In this document: piece after piece, positions 12,983-25,447 of the stretch
How the letters are laid out: the number at the start of each line of letters is the position of its first letter
Numbering within the stretch: position 1 is the first letter of the stretch
Source of the DNA: Ranitomeya imitator
Taxonomy: Eukaryota
Direction of reading: 5' to 3'
DNA: 64,000 bases
Assembly (NCBI RefSeq): GCF_032444005.1
Contig: NC_091282.1
Coordinates: 692,044,001-692,108,000, forward strand
Translations under genes and position numbers: made by a program
Notes under the pieces: generated by a model
The model's database searches: none
The model's input: only the letters and a program-made list of their open reading frames with translations
Told to the model about the DNA's origin: nothing

Positions 12983-13724
12983 TTAACCCAATTTCGAATA
13001 TGATGCACATAGTCAATTAAATATCATCTGATTCAAAATCAGAGATAATTGGTTCTTTGGCTATATAACCCTCTTTTTATAAATTGGGTTACAGTTAGAG
13101 ATGGGCAAATATTTCAATGTACGGTTTGGTTTATGATCGCTGAATTTGCAATATTTGCCAATTAATTCGTCGAATATTCGCTGAACATAACCAAACGCTT
13201 TTCAGCTCAATGGAGGCAAAAACAAATGAATGCACAACACCTTATAACAGCTCCAAATGCTGCCAAAGCACATCAAATTAGAGGCAGATACCAGGAAAGT
13301 GGCCTCAATTCACCCACAGTACTAATTGTAGCATGGAACTGCAGCAATCAGCCAGGCATGAGATATCGGGGTCTGGGACAGCATTTAAAACTTTCAATTC
13401 AATATCACAGTAAGACGAAGAGGGTGAGGGATCAGTGTAGGCCTCCTGTGCTGGGAGCCCTGATACCACATGCAACAGCTCAACCTGCTTTCATACTCAG
13501 CCTCACTCAGGTGGCACAAATATCATATAAATTTCGTAGACTACTATTGTCAGAAAAATCTAAGGATAGTAACATGGAGTCATGGAAGCGAAGGCCTGAC
13601 AGTCTTGGAGGCCTACTGCTACAGGCAGCACGCATGAAGGAGACCCAACCAGGAGTAAACACATTTATAAAAATTAGTGGCAGACACCAACAAAGTGGCA
13701 ACAATTACAATAAAGTAGAATTAG

Positions 13725-14258
13725 TATAGCGGGGACCGACACCTGTTCCACCCAGCAGATTGAGACTATAACGGGCAAGGTGGTGCAAAAATTGTTCCGT
13801 GGATTTCTCTGAAAGCCTGGAAGGGGCATAACTAGGTGACTTACCAAATCCCTACGGCCCAAAGGAGGGATGAAAAATGCAGGCAGGCTCTGTAGGAACT
13901 CTGGAACCACGGGTGCAGATGAGATTGGCTGAGCAACAGAAAAGCACTGGCAGGTGCTGGCTCGATCGGCTGATGGACAGAAGAGCACAGACAGGTACGA
14001 GCAGATGGGCACACACAGGTAAGAGCAGATGAGTACAAGGTAGACAAGCTGAGAGTCAGACCTGGGGAACCTAACAACTTGCAAGCATTCAAGGCGAACT
14101 AACAACGTAGCTCACGCACGTTCATATTTGAGGAGAAGCCCTAAATAGAAGGTGTCACCCAGCCATAGGTTGGGAATACCTTAGGTTGATGCGGGCGGTC
14201 CCTTTAAGAGGGAGGAAGCGCACGTGTGCGCCCTCTGAGCATAGTTCCCTGTCCTACA
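13725..14258. mobile_element. Possible solo-LTR-like insertion in the hAT
   Basis: TATAGC...CTACA ends and composition like other LTR-type repeats in the window; no TSD found. Confidence 0.3.
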
Positions 14259-14689
14259 ACTGACAAAGGCCAAGTCTGTACTCTGAGGGAGAGGGGATGG
14301 AATACCCTGATGGTGTGAACCTCAAAAGAAGAATGGCATCCAATTGGCCTGTATTTATTGGGTTAAAAACAGGATTGTTGTTGGCAGTGAGGAGTGTAGG
14401 GCTATCGTGGAGTTAGCAGTGATCATACGGTGGGATATACACATATTCCATGTGTTATAATCTGGACGTGGATAAGCCGTACGCTCACTATTACTTTTCT
14501 GAGAACTAATTATTGTGAACAGCCTGCGGCCTCATCGGATGTTTCATCGCCCAATCATGTCATTGTGTGGATGATAGGGGCCAGCTGAGAGCTAGTCACT
14601 ACAAGGATCACAGAGCTTGTGTCTGTATGACTCATGGCCTGTGATCTCTGTGATTATTGCATGGCCACTCCAATTTGTTGGCCACGGAA

Positions 14690-16850
14690 ATGCAACCTTT
14701 CTGCCTTATGGATACAAACTGTTTCCCAAAGCTGATGGCCCTCGCAGTCCCCCTAGTACCAGTTGCACAGTCACCATTACTTCTCTAAGAAAGATGTCCC
14801 TGCGCTACAGCAACAAGTCGCAGACAACATCTCCCGTTCCCTAAAAAATTCTATGTCTGCTAGGGTGCATTTCAACAATGACACCTGGACGAGCAAGCAT
14901 GAACAGGGAAGTTACATCTAGATGACTGGGCTCTGGGTGACTTTGGTGGCTGTAGGGGCAGTCGGGGAAGAGGCTGCTCCACAAGTCTTTCAATCCCCAA
15001 CGCTTGCAGGGCTCTTGGGGATGGAGAAATAAACCACTACACACCATAAGATGGATAACTAAACTAATAGACAACAGGGGTTGAAGAACTAAACTACTAA
15101 ACAGCTAGGGTTGTAGACCTAAACCACTACATGCCATACGATGGATAACTAAACTAATAGACAATAGAGGTTGGAGAACTAAACTACTAAACTGCTAGGG
15201 TTGAAGAAGTAAACCACTACACAACATACAATGGATAACTAAACTAATAGACAACAGGGGTTGGAGAACTAAACTACTAAACAGCTTGGGTTGGAAAAAT
15301 AAACTAGTACACACCAGGGAATGGAGAAATAAAGCAGTAGAAACTAAGGTGTTACTAGACACCAAGTCTTGGAATCCCCAGGGCTTGCAGGACAAACCTC
15401 TGTATTTAACAGTTCCTCTGTTGCTTCTGCTTCCTCCACGTTCTCTAGGTCCTCCATCTGTGCTCTCAACCCCTGCCTTAATTAAACACATGTCCCAACA
15501 TTGCAGAGAAAATCCCTCCCCCACCTCCATATTGCGCAGCCAGGGCAGTGTTTACAATAATATGCCTTGGAGATCGCAGTCATACAGATCAACAGTTGTG
15601 GACAGCTATCCATACCAAGTTTGAGCAATACCTGTCTACACTCAACTTGGAGCCAGGTAAGGCCGTGTGCGATAACGGTGCAAACCTGGTGGCGGCCCTA
15701 TGCTGGGCCAACCTTACACACGTGCCTTGCATGGCTCGCATCCTCAACCTGATGGTACAGCAATTCCACTGCCACTGTCCCAGCCTGGATGCGCTGCTGC
15801 AGAAACCACCGTCATGCTGACTTCCACCATTCCACTTGAGTTGGTATAGAGATTTTTTGGACTACCGGTTAACCAGTTGATATGCGATATGACCGCACCA
15901 TGGAATTAAACTCAGGACATGTTACAGCGACTGTGGCAGCAGTGCCGAGACCTGTTGAAGGATTACATTTTTCATAGCCTAGCACAACGCAGTACGAATG
16001 TGGTGCAATTCACACTTGCATACTGGATATAGATGAAGGATCTCTGCACCCTTCTGTACGTTTTCTTAATGGCTACTAAGATGTTTAACGGTGATGATGC
16101 CGTCATCAGTATCCCTATTACTGTCATCTACATGCTGAAGCACAATTTAAATAGTGTGGGTGAGCAGGTGGTGGTGGTCCTGGGGGAAGAAGAGGAGGCA
16201 GAGGAGGATACCTTTAGGGTTAACAATATCTATAAGTTCAGGTCTGTCATCTCACAGATGTTTGCCATGGGAGGAACAAATGGAAAAGGACCATGAAAAG
16301 GACGAGTAAGAAGAGGTGATGGACGTGCAACAGTTAGGAGATGAAGACGATAATGATTCCCTCTATGTTGTCCGTGGTTGTCAGGAGGGGATGGAGGAAG
16401 AAAGCTTAAGTGTTATACCACCACCAGCACACTGTGGAGTTGGACCTCATGAAAGAGACTGACCCATGAGCGCCTTCCTGCAGCACTATCTGCAACATTA
16501 TTGCTACCCGTATAATTATGATTCCAAATAGTGCTGATTACTGGGCTGCCATTGTGTTCTATCCACAATATAAAAGTAAATTTTGCCTGTTGCTTCCCCC
16601 ACTAGAAAGGGACACGCCCACGCTGCAATATCAAAAACATGCTGGAAGACAATCTTGACAGTTGTTTTCCCCAACACAGCAGCGAGGCACACAGTTTGAA
16701 TCGCAGTGATACCTTCCAACCACAGAAATGTTCAGTTGCTAACCCAAAAACATTAGCACTCTTGCACCGCTGTAGTCCTGTTTTACAACCCCACCAAGTA
16801 CAGCATCTGCAAAGAGTTTGTATGTTCTACCCGTGTTTGTGATAGTTTAC
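14690..16850 (+). pseudogene. hAT transposase pseudogene
   Basis: Frameshifted pieces KLMALAVP..HYFSKKDVPAL, VHFNNDTWTSKH, VCDNGANLVAAL..HVPCMARILNL, GDDAVISIPI; homologous to the hAT ORF at 36792-37433. Confidence 0.8.
15030..15330. repeat. 90-bp tandem repeat (~3.3 copies) inside the hAT transposase
   Basis: TAAACCACTAC at 15030, 15120 and 15210; TAAACTAGTAC at 15300. Confidence 0.9.
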
Positions 16851-19366
16851 TCCCAGTAATTATTTTTCTACCCACACTACAAAGACATACAGATAGTAAA
16901 TTTAGATTGTGAGTCCCAATGATGACAGTGCCAGTAATGTCTGTAAAGCGAATGTTGAATTATTGGTGCTATATAAGTGATAAAACCCCTACAAAAATTG
17001 AAAGTGATGCCCAGCCACACTCAGGTTGCACACATATCAGTTTCATAGATTACTATTGTCAGAAAAATGAAAGGATAGTAACACGGGTAGTTGACTCAAA
17101 GACAGTGGAGGCCTGCTTGTATCGGAGGCCTACTGCTACAGGAAACACACATGAAGAAGACCCAACACGGGATGAATCACATTACTCACAGCAAAAAAAA
17201 TTGTTTCAATGTCGATGAGGCCTGTATGACAAAAAATATCTGCTCCACAAAATTCAAAGTGAGATGTCCGCTACTGTATGACGTTAGTAACAGAAGAATT
17301 TTTGGGGGCCTTTTGATAAGGCCTGTATGACATTGACTAGATGCTTAAAACAATTTCATACTGAGATCTCCCCCTCTGTATTTGGTTAGTAACATAAAAT
17401 AATTTTTTTTAATGTGGATGAGGCTTGTATAATCTAGAAGATTATCTATGGCATTAGAACGCTTTCTTTCCTACAGTTGCTGCTGGTAAAGTGCAGGTTT
17501 GCTGGAGAAATATGGCCGACGTGTTGTTACATGAACTGATCAGGAAAAGAGCCATGATGACGGCGGGAATGGGAATGTACAACAGGATTAATAACAGTGC
17601 GGCTATGGGAAGTACAAGATCCAGGATCCAGCCTACCACAATTACTCATTTACCCAACACCAATTACCACAGAGCATTTGTTGCTCATCAGAAGATAGGT
17701 GTAACAGATGCGCGTCTCAAGTTAGGTATAAAAGATGCCCATGAGAAATTGGATGCCAAAGATGCACATAATCTAGAAGATACGCTCAAAAGGATTTCAA
17801 ACTCAGATCTCAGCTGCTGTATTACGTTTGTAAAAAAAAAAAAATAATTTTAATGTGCAACAGCTCTGCACACAGAACAACTTCAACGCCACTAAATGAA
17901 AATGTTGGATATAGTGGGCAGTATCACATTTGTCAACAGAAAAAAAAAAAATATTTTAATGCGCTTGAGGTCTGCAGACAGCTTCATATCACCGCCACAA
18001 AATGACAATGTGGGATACAGCAGGCTGTTTCACCTTTAGCTAGTGAAAAAAATACTATTTAGAAGGCTATACTCATGCACAGAGCACAATAGAAGCAGTA
18101 CACAACTTTTCATGTATGTTTTTATTGGTATTTTGAATACAAATAGGTTTTATATGTTACCATCTGGTTCTCTTCATCGGCTATGGTTATGTAAGTTTGA
18201 TTTTTTGTTTGTATGCATGATATGAAGTGCCAATTTCTTTACAAACAGACAATATTTGATGTATTACAGTAGGTTCATATCACCGCCACAACATGGCAAT
18301 GTGGGATACGGCGTGCTGTATCACATTCAGCAACAGAAAATATATATATTTTTAATGTGCCATAGGTCTGCAGACAGGTTCATATCACCGCCACAAAATG
18401 ACAATGTGGGATACAGCAGGCTGTTTCACATTTAGCTAGTGAAAAAATATTATTTAGAATGCTATACTCGTGCATGGAGCACAATAGAAGCAGTACACAA
18501 CACACTTGTAGGACATGTGCCAAAAAAAGTGCTGGAAGGTAAATTTAACAGCGACACTGGACACTAGCCAGCTACACTATCTGACTGATATACAACCGCC
18601 TAACTCTGCGCTGTTACAGTGTCAAAATGGCACTAAAACAAAATGTCCGCTATTCATATGGAGAGGGACATGTGATTTCAGCAGCCAATGACACAAGCTG
18701 TTGTGTCAGGACATTGTGGGTGTTTCCTGCTCTCTGATTTTCTAGCCGCAATGGACACACATAAAGTTAGGGAAAAAAATGACTATTTACAAGAACGCCA
18801 TGCCTCTGAGCTCTGCAAACCTCCACCCCTCCTCAAACACGTGCCAAACGCTCAGGATACACCACCATTATTTTCCCGTACTTTTACCGAATGTTACCGA
18901 TTTTTCCTGATTTTATAAAATTTTGCTTGTTTTTCCGATCACGAATCTGAATGTGCCATACTCCTGCGAAATTTATGTTTGGTGATAGTTTTCTGAACAA
19001 ATTCTCTTATCACTAGTTACAGATCCTCTGAAGGAAGTGCCCTGAAACATCCTTATTCACAACACTTGACCATGGGAAGCTATGCAGATTAGATGCCTAG
19101 CTGAGCCACGTCCTGGTTGTATAGAGTACAAAAAACTACAGCAAAACCAAAGAAATTAATCTAACTTGTCAATGCTTTCTGCTAGAGACAATGCATATTA
19201 AAGTGTTGTTACATACAGCATGACAAGTCTCTAGCAGTAAGCTCTATCACTTTTATTGTAGAGGTGGCAAACAGATTTTAACCATCCCAAAGCTATTTGG
19301 CAAAACATTAAACACATCTAAATTCCAAACATTTTGCAGGGTTAAATTTATATACAGTGGAGATAA

Positions 19367-20975
19367 TAACATAGTAACATAGTAACATAGTTAGTAAGGC
19401 TGAAAAAAGACATTTGTCCATCCAGTTCAGCCTATATTCCATCATAATAAATACCCAGATCTACGTCCTTCTACAGAACCTAATAATTGTATGATACAAT
19501 ATTGTTCTGCTCCAGGAAGACATCCAGGCCTCTCTTGAACCCCTCGACTGAGTTCGCCATCACCACCTCCTCAGGCAAGCAATTCCAGATTCTCACTGCC
19601 CTAACAGTAAAGAATCCTCTTCTATGTTGGTGGAAAAACCTTCTCTCCTCCAGACGCAAAGAATGCCCCCTTGTGCCCGTCACCTTCCTTGGTATAAACA
19701 GATCCTCAGCGAGATATTTGTATTGTCCCCTTATATACTTATACATGGTTATTAGATCGCCCCTCAGTCGTCTTTTTTCTAGACTAAATAATCCTAATTT
19801 CGCTAATCTATCTGGGTATTGTAGTTCTCCCATCCCCTTTATTAATTTTGTTGCCCTCCTTTGTACTCTCTCTAGTTCCATTATATCCTTCCTGAGCACC
19901 GGTGCCCAAAACTGGACACAGTACTCCATGTGCGGTCTAACTAGGGATTTGTACAGAGGCAGTATAATGCTCTCATCATGTGTATCCAGACCTCTTTTAA
20001 TGCACCCCATGATCCTGTTTGCCTTGGCAGCTGCTGCCTGGCACTGGCTGCTCCAGGTAAGTTTATCATTAACTAGGATCCCCAAGTCCTTCTCCCTGTC
20101 AGATTTACCCAGTGGTTTCCCGTTCAGTGTGTAATGGTGATATTGATTCCCTCTTCCCATGTGTATAACCTTACATTTATCATTGTTAAACCTCATCTGC
20201 CACCTTTCAGCCCAAGTTTCCAACTTATCCAGATCCATCTGTAGCAGAATACTATCTTCTCTTGTATTAACTGCTTTACATAGTTTTGTATCATCTGCAA
20301 ATATCGATATTTTACTGTGTAAACCTTCTACCAGATCATTAATGAATATGTTGAAGAGAACAGGTCCCAATACTGACCCCTGCGGTACCCCACTGGTCAC
20401 AGCGACCCAGTTAGAGACTATACCATTTATAACCACCCTCTGCTTTCTATCACTAAGCCAGTTACTAACCCATTTACACACATTTTCCCCCAGACCAAGC
20501 ATTCTCATTTTGTGTACCAACCTCTTGTGCGGCACGGTATCAAACGCTTTGGAAAAATCGAGATATACCACGTCCAATGACTCACCGTGGTCCAGTCTAT
20601 AGCTTACCTCTTCATAAAAACTGATTAGATTGGTTTGACAGGAGCGATTTCTCATAAACCCATGCTGATATGGAGTTAAACAGTTATTCTCATTGAGATA
20701 ATCCAGAATAACATCCCTCAGAAACCCTTCAAATATTTTACCAACAATAGAGGTTAGACTTACTGGCCTATAATTTCCAGGTTCACTTTTAGAGCCCTTT
20801 TTGAATATTGGCACCACATTTGCTATGCGCCAATCCTGCGGAACAGACCCTGTCTCTATAGAGTCCCTAAAAATAAGAAATAATGGTTTATCTATTACAT
20901 TACTTAGTTCTCTTAGTACTCGTGGGTGTATGCCATCCGGACCCGGAGATTTATCTATTTTAATCTTATTTAGTC
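19367..20975 (-). mobile_element. 5'-truncated CR1 LINE
   Basis: (TAACATAG)n 3' tail at the left end; uninterrupted minus-strand RT frame. Confidence 0.93.
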
Positions 20976-21078
20976 TACACACCGCTATGAAAATGCCATT
21001 TTCTGTCATGTAAAAAATCATACCAAGAAGAATAATTCCAGAAATTTTTCTACCTATAATATCACCAATAATCGGCAC
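19480..21078 (-). CDS. CR1 ORF2 fragment (reverse transcriptase and C-terminus); the first ~35 codons are non-CR1 flank
   Basis: [60 protein letters not shown] motifs. Confidence 0.85.
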   Translation of the reverse strand: MPIIGDIIGRKISGIILLGMIFYMTENGIFIAVCRLNKIKIDKSPGPDGIHPRVLRELSNVIDKPLFLIFRDSIETGSVPQDWRIANVVPIFKKGSKSEPGNYRPVSLTSIVGKIFEGFLRDVILDYLNENNCLTPYQHGFMRNRSCQTNLISFYEEVSYRLDHGESLDVVYLDFSKAFDTVPHKRLVHKMRMLGLGENVCKWVSNWLSDRKQRVVINGIVSNWVAVTSGVPQGSVLGPVLFNIFINDLVEGLHSKISIFADDTKLCKAVNTREDSILLQMDLDKLETWAERWQMRFNNDKCKVIHMGRGNQYHHYTLNGKPLGKSDREKDLGILVNDKLTWSSQCQAAAAKANRIMGCIKRGLDTHDESIILPLYKSLVRPHMEYCVQFWAPVLRKDIMELERVQRRATKLIKGMGELQYPDRLAKLGLFSLEKRRLRGDLITMYKYIRGQYKYLAEDLFIPRKVTGTRGHSLRLEERRFFHQHRRGFFTVRAVRIWNCLPEEVVMANSVEGFKRGLDVFLEQNNIVSYNY

Positions 21079-21244
21079 AATTCAATTGAGAAACAAACTG
21101 AAATAACTTTGAGGGTAAAACTGCAAATAACAAAACTAAAATAATGTGATTGTATAAGTGTGAATACACTGTTATTATTGAGAATGTGGTTATGTTCAGA
21201 GTTAACCAATCACAGGTAAGCTCATGTTACACAGTAGTCAGTAC

Positions 21245-23725
21245 ACAGCAGCTGTCATTTACAGTGATTCTGATTAACCCCATATAAAGATTAGCTGTTC
21301 TAGAGGATTTTCCTGATGTTTTCTTACTTGTATTTTACAGCAAAAGCCATGGTCCATAAACAGCTGACAACACAGCAAAGGGATCTCATTAATGAAAGTT
21401 AATAGTCAGAAGAAGGGTACAAAACATTTGCAAAGACATTAGGTATACCATAGAACACTGTGATGACAGTCATCAAGATGTGGCTTAGCTATAGAACGGT
21501 GACATTACAAAGAACTAGATGTCCCTCAAAACGTGATTGTAACCTGACACGGAGCGATAGCCGTGTGCAAGGTACTCGTCTTCCACACCCCAGCATGCTA
21601 CATGAAAATGGGATTCCTGGCTGTGCGTGTTTGCTCTTGTTACCTGGGTGACACGCCTCTGCAGACTTCATGATACTGCTATATCTTGCAGGTCAGGACC
21701 AGAAGTAAGGGAATGATTGGGGGAAACCAAAGTCCAAAAATAATCATGAACTTGATAAGACCAATTTACATCAGATAATAGGCATGTTTCTACACAACTG
21801 TTTGTCTTGCAGTAAACAGACATGAGCACTTCTCGGTTACATATAGTAAGCCTTCATTTTTCTTGTACTTCATACTTATTGTGATTATGAGAGACTTCAT
21901 CTTCCCATGTGAGGGCTGCATAGGTCGAGGTGTAACGAAATGGCTGAAAAGAGCTACTCTTAGTTCGCAACTGACTAATGAGGACGCCACTGCTTGTACG
22001 TCGGTATGACTCCTCACTAGAACCTTGAAAGTCCACTGCTCTCCGTAGGAGAATTTAAGTCCCAATATTTGACCATTGTTTCCTTTCAATATACACAATT
22101 GAGTTTCCTTTCACTGTAGAGAACTGTTCACTTACATCCTTCTGATACAATTCCTTCTCTGCTTTCAATCCCCTTTAAACGGGCCTACTTCTTCCCTAGA
22201 GTTAAGTTCCGTACCGTTTAGGTGGCCCCCTTGGCCTGAGTTTCTGGAAAATGTCTTGTTACATTTCCTTTCGCCTTAGGACGTATTATCTGATGTCCTG
22301 TGGTCTTCCCTCTTCTCAAACAACACACTGAAACATGTCAGTGTGCCAACTGCCTGACCTTAGGTCTCTACTGAACATTGGGCTCAAACTAACTCATGAG
22401 TCACTTCAATTCTGGGCTATTCCTAACTCTTACCTCTATCTATTCCTCAACAAGGGCATGCAAATGGTCAAAACGAAAAAAAAAGACACATATAACAGTG
22501 CAATGTATTATATCACAGCACATATCTTAAAGTGGGGTGTGGGCGGCACCTCCACTTCCTTACATGATCAACGGGTAAGAAGAAAATTGGTCTGGTCATG
22601 TCAGGGGTTAACTTTGCTCTGCCTCATTCTGGGTTCAGGGTTGCTATTTATCTCCGCTGCATCCTGCAGGTGGTATCAGTTATATCTTCTGCCTTTGGCA
22701 TGAGTATCTGACTCTCGTGTTACCCTGTGTTAGCTGACCTTGCTCATGTCTGTTTCTTCCTCTCTCCCCGTCCTGACATAGTGTTTCCCTTAGTATTTGG
22801 ATTTCTTGGTGTTTGACTCGGCTTTGATCCTGACCTGACTTCGTGTCTTGCTTCTGGTACTGCGGCTTCTGACTGGTATTGACCCCCTTTTGCCCCGCTA
22901 ACTCTGCATTTGGTATTTTCCCTTTGTACTGTGTTACTCTCTAGGTTTTGACCCAGCTTGTTTGACTATTCTGCTGCCACCTGGTGGTAGCCTTGCTGCA
23001 GCACTGCAGGTCTGTTCTGACAGACTTGCTGTTCTCTCACCACTCTAATGCCATCTAGTGGAGCTTGTATCATCCTGCAGCTGCAGCGTGACACAGCAAC
23101 ATTAAAGAGCTGCAGGAATTTTTGTCAAGTAGTGTTGTGTAGAGCTGGTGACAACGTTTCTTCAAATGTCTGGCCTGTAATGTAGGGTGGTAAAGATGGA
23201 AGATTTTCATACAACGAAAGTTGTCTAAGCCTGGTTATATTTTGCCAAAACTTCAAGTCTGCCAAAAACATGAAAATGTGTTATGGTCTGATGATATCTA
23301 GGTTGCGCTTTATGTTCATAATTCGAATGGGTACGTATGGCACAAAGCCAACAATGCACATCACAAAAATATCGCATACTCACAATGAAGCATGGTGGAG
23401 GCAGTATTATACTTTGCGAATGTCTTTCAGTAGCTATAACTGGGGTTTTGTTCAGGGTGTAGGAAATTATAAACAGTTCCAAATATCAGTCAATTTTGAA
23501 CCAAAACCTTCAGGCCGCTGCTAAAAAATTGAAGTTGAAGAGGAATTTCACCTTTCAGCTTGATAATGACCCTAAGTATACCTCCTAATCAACTAAAGAA
23601 TGGCTTCACCAGAAGAAGATAAGAAATTTGAAATGGCCCAAGCAGTGCCCAGACCTGAATCCAATCGAAAATCTGTGAGTGGCTTGAAGAGGGTGCTGTA
23701 AACAGGAGATGACCTCACAATAAAC
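21245..23725 (+). mobile_element. Degraded Tc1 with two nested insertions
   Basis: ATG at 21349 (MVHKQLTTQQRDLI..YKTFAKTLGIP); resumes near 22555 and 23094; DDE remnants WSDD, FQLDNDPKY and [10 protein letters not shown]; no TIRs seen. Confidence 0.75.
22599..23093. mobile_element. Solo LTR
   Basis: TGTCAGGGG...GCAGCGTGACA termini, with the same CAGCGTGACA end as the solo LTR at 49445-50039; TSD not conserved. Confidence 0.6.
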
Positions 23726-24346
23726 AAATACTTACTGTGTTATTGCCTTCTCTCACTTCTCATGATTTAGGGGAAGCTGTGTTTGAGCACATCTTTACCA
23801 TAGAATGAGTGCTGCCTCTAAAATGTTGTTTTATATGATGGCCAGATAAATGAATGGCAGTTTATGTAATGGATGGACACACTGGGGACACTAGAGTGAG
23901 AGCTCTTGATAGAGAGAACCTCTCACTGTTCTGGCACATAGAGTGGGTCCCAAGTCTGGTTTTACTGAGACAAGAATGTGATTACGAAGGGGTGCCAAGG
24001 AAAACAAAACACAGAGTTTGTCCAAGTAAAAAATCACATTATGCTCAATTTGCATCCAATATTCAAACCGTACTCGACAATGCATGGAAAAAAATCAAAC
24101 TGTACTTGGATAACATGCAATTGCAGTCCGATTTTGATGCATTGACAGAATGGAGAAGTTGGAGAGTTTTTTTTCCCACCTTCTCATCTACGAAAATCAG
24201 ATCACACTGATAAAACTCTGAATCTGGGCGATTATGCTAAACACACTCCGATCAAACTCTGAGCAGAGTTTGATCAGAGTGTGATTAGCATAATTGCAAG
24301 GATTGTCTTGGATGAGATAAAATACTTTGGTGTGATCCTAGCCTAA

Positions 24347-24722
24347 AGGTACCGTCACACTCAGCAACTTTGCAACGAGAACGACAACGATCCGTGACGT
24401 TGCAGCGTCCTGGATAGCGATCTCGTTGTGTTTGACACGCAGCAGCGATCTGGATCCTGCTGTGACAGTGCTGGTTGGATCTAGAAGTCCAGAACTTTAT
24501 TTCGTCGCCAGGTGTGTATCGTCATGTTTGACATCAAAAGCAACGATGCCAGCAATGTTTTACATGGAGCTAACAACCAGCGAGAACGATAAGTGAGTCA
24601 CCGTTACGTCACTGGATCGCTCCTGCATCGTTCAGCTGTCTCCTAGCGACCTAAAACAGCGACGCTGCAGCGATCGGCTCGTTGTCTATATCGCTGCAGC
24701 GTCGCTGAGTGTGACGGTACCT
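24347..24722. mobile_element. PIF/Harbinger-type fold-back MITE
   Basis: TAA TSD (24344-24346 and 24723-24725); TIR AGGTACCGTCACACT / AGTGTGACGGTACCT. Confidence 0.88.
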
Positions 24723-25447
24723 TAATAGTAAGCAATTCAATGTTTTAAGTATTGGCATTTTAAGATCTTTGGATAATGTTCTCTTAATAAATTCACAAAT
24801 ATTAAAATATATGTACCAAGAATTTCAGAAGCTCAAATGGAAGCTAACAAATACCAATGTGCCCTGCTGGAAAATCGTAGTAAAACAAGTTAGTTTCTTT
24901 CTGCCTAATAGTATTTTATAGGGCTTGGTTTCATTTTGACTACAGACTCATTTGGTAAACAAATTTGTTGAGCTTTTAGTAATATCTGAGGGACTATTAC
25001 TGACGGTTTTTGGAATCAATCAAGTGCACAAGGGAGCATATTAGAAATGTTTCTTAACACTTGGGTAATTAGCTTTGTACTGCCCACAACCGCAGTTATA
25101 TTTATTTCAAGATGCTCATAGAAGCAGAGCTGTTTAAAAACAACAAGACTATAATCAGAAGGTTCAAGCTATGAGAAAAAACCTCATACATTACTAATGT
25201 GCTCATTTTTTTTCTGCCTAGGCCATGACTCCATATGTATAACAACACCAGTTGTCTGCATATAGTGAGTGGAGGTAGTCATTGTATGTGTGGATTAATA
25301 TTTATCAGAATAGAACCCATTATTTCTGTACAGGTCTTCCAGCAATTATTTCTTACCAAGGATGAATGTAAAAGCCACAGCAGAAGGTTATCTGTTGACC
25401 TTCACATTCAGATGTGTATATTGTAGCTGTGAAATGTCCAGCATATG

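Larger units (their letters stand above)
13096..19015 (+). mobile_element. Full-length degraded hAT (Ac-like) transposon
   Basis: TAGAGATGGGCAAAT ... CTCTTATCACTA termini; 8-bp TSD GTTACAGT / GTTACAGA; transposase remnants inside. Confidence 0.85.
12557..19061. mobile_element. Old ~200-bp fold-back MITE split by two later insertions
   Basis: 12557-12597 is the reverse complement of 19022-19061 (1 mismatch); inner arms TTAACCCAATTT / AAATTGGGTTAC also pair. Confidence 0.65.

Noticed and set aside
24765-25445. Further exon-like segments (SLDNVLLINSQ..; AMTPYV..; SSNYFLPRMN..)
   Set aside because: The splice phases cannot be joined without stops and no protein is recognisable.
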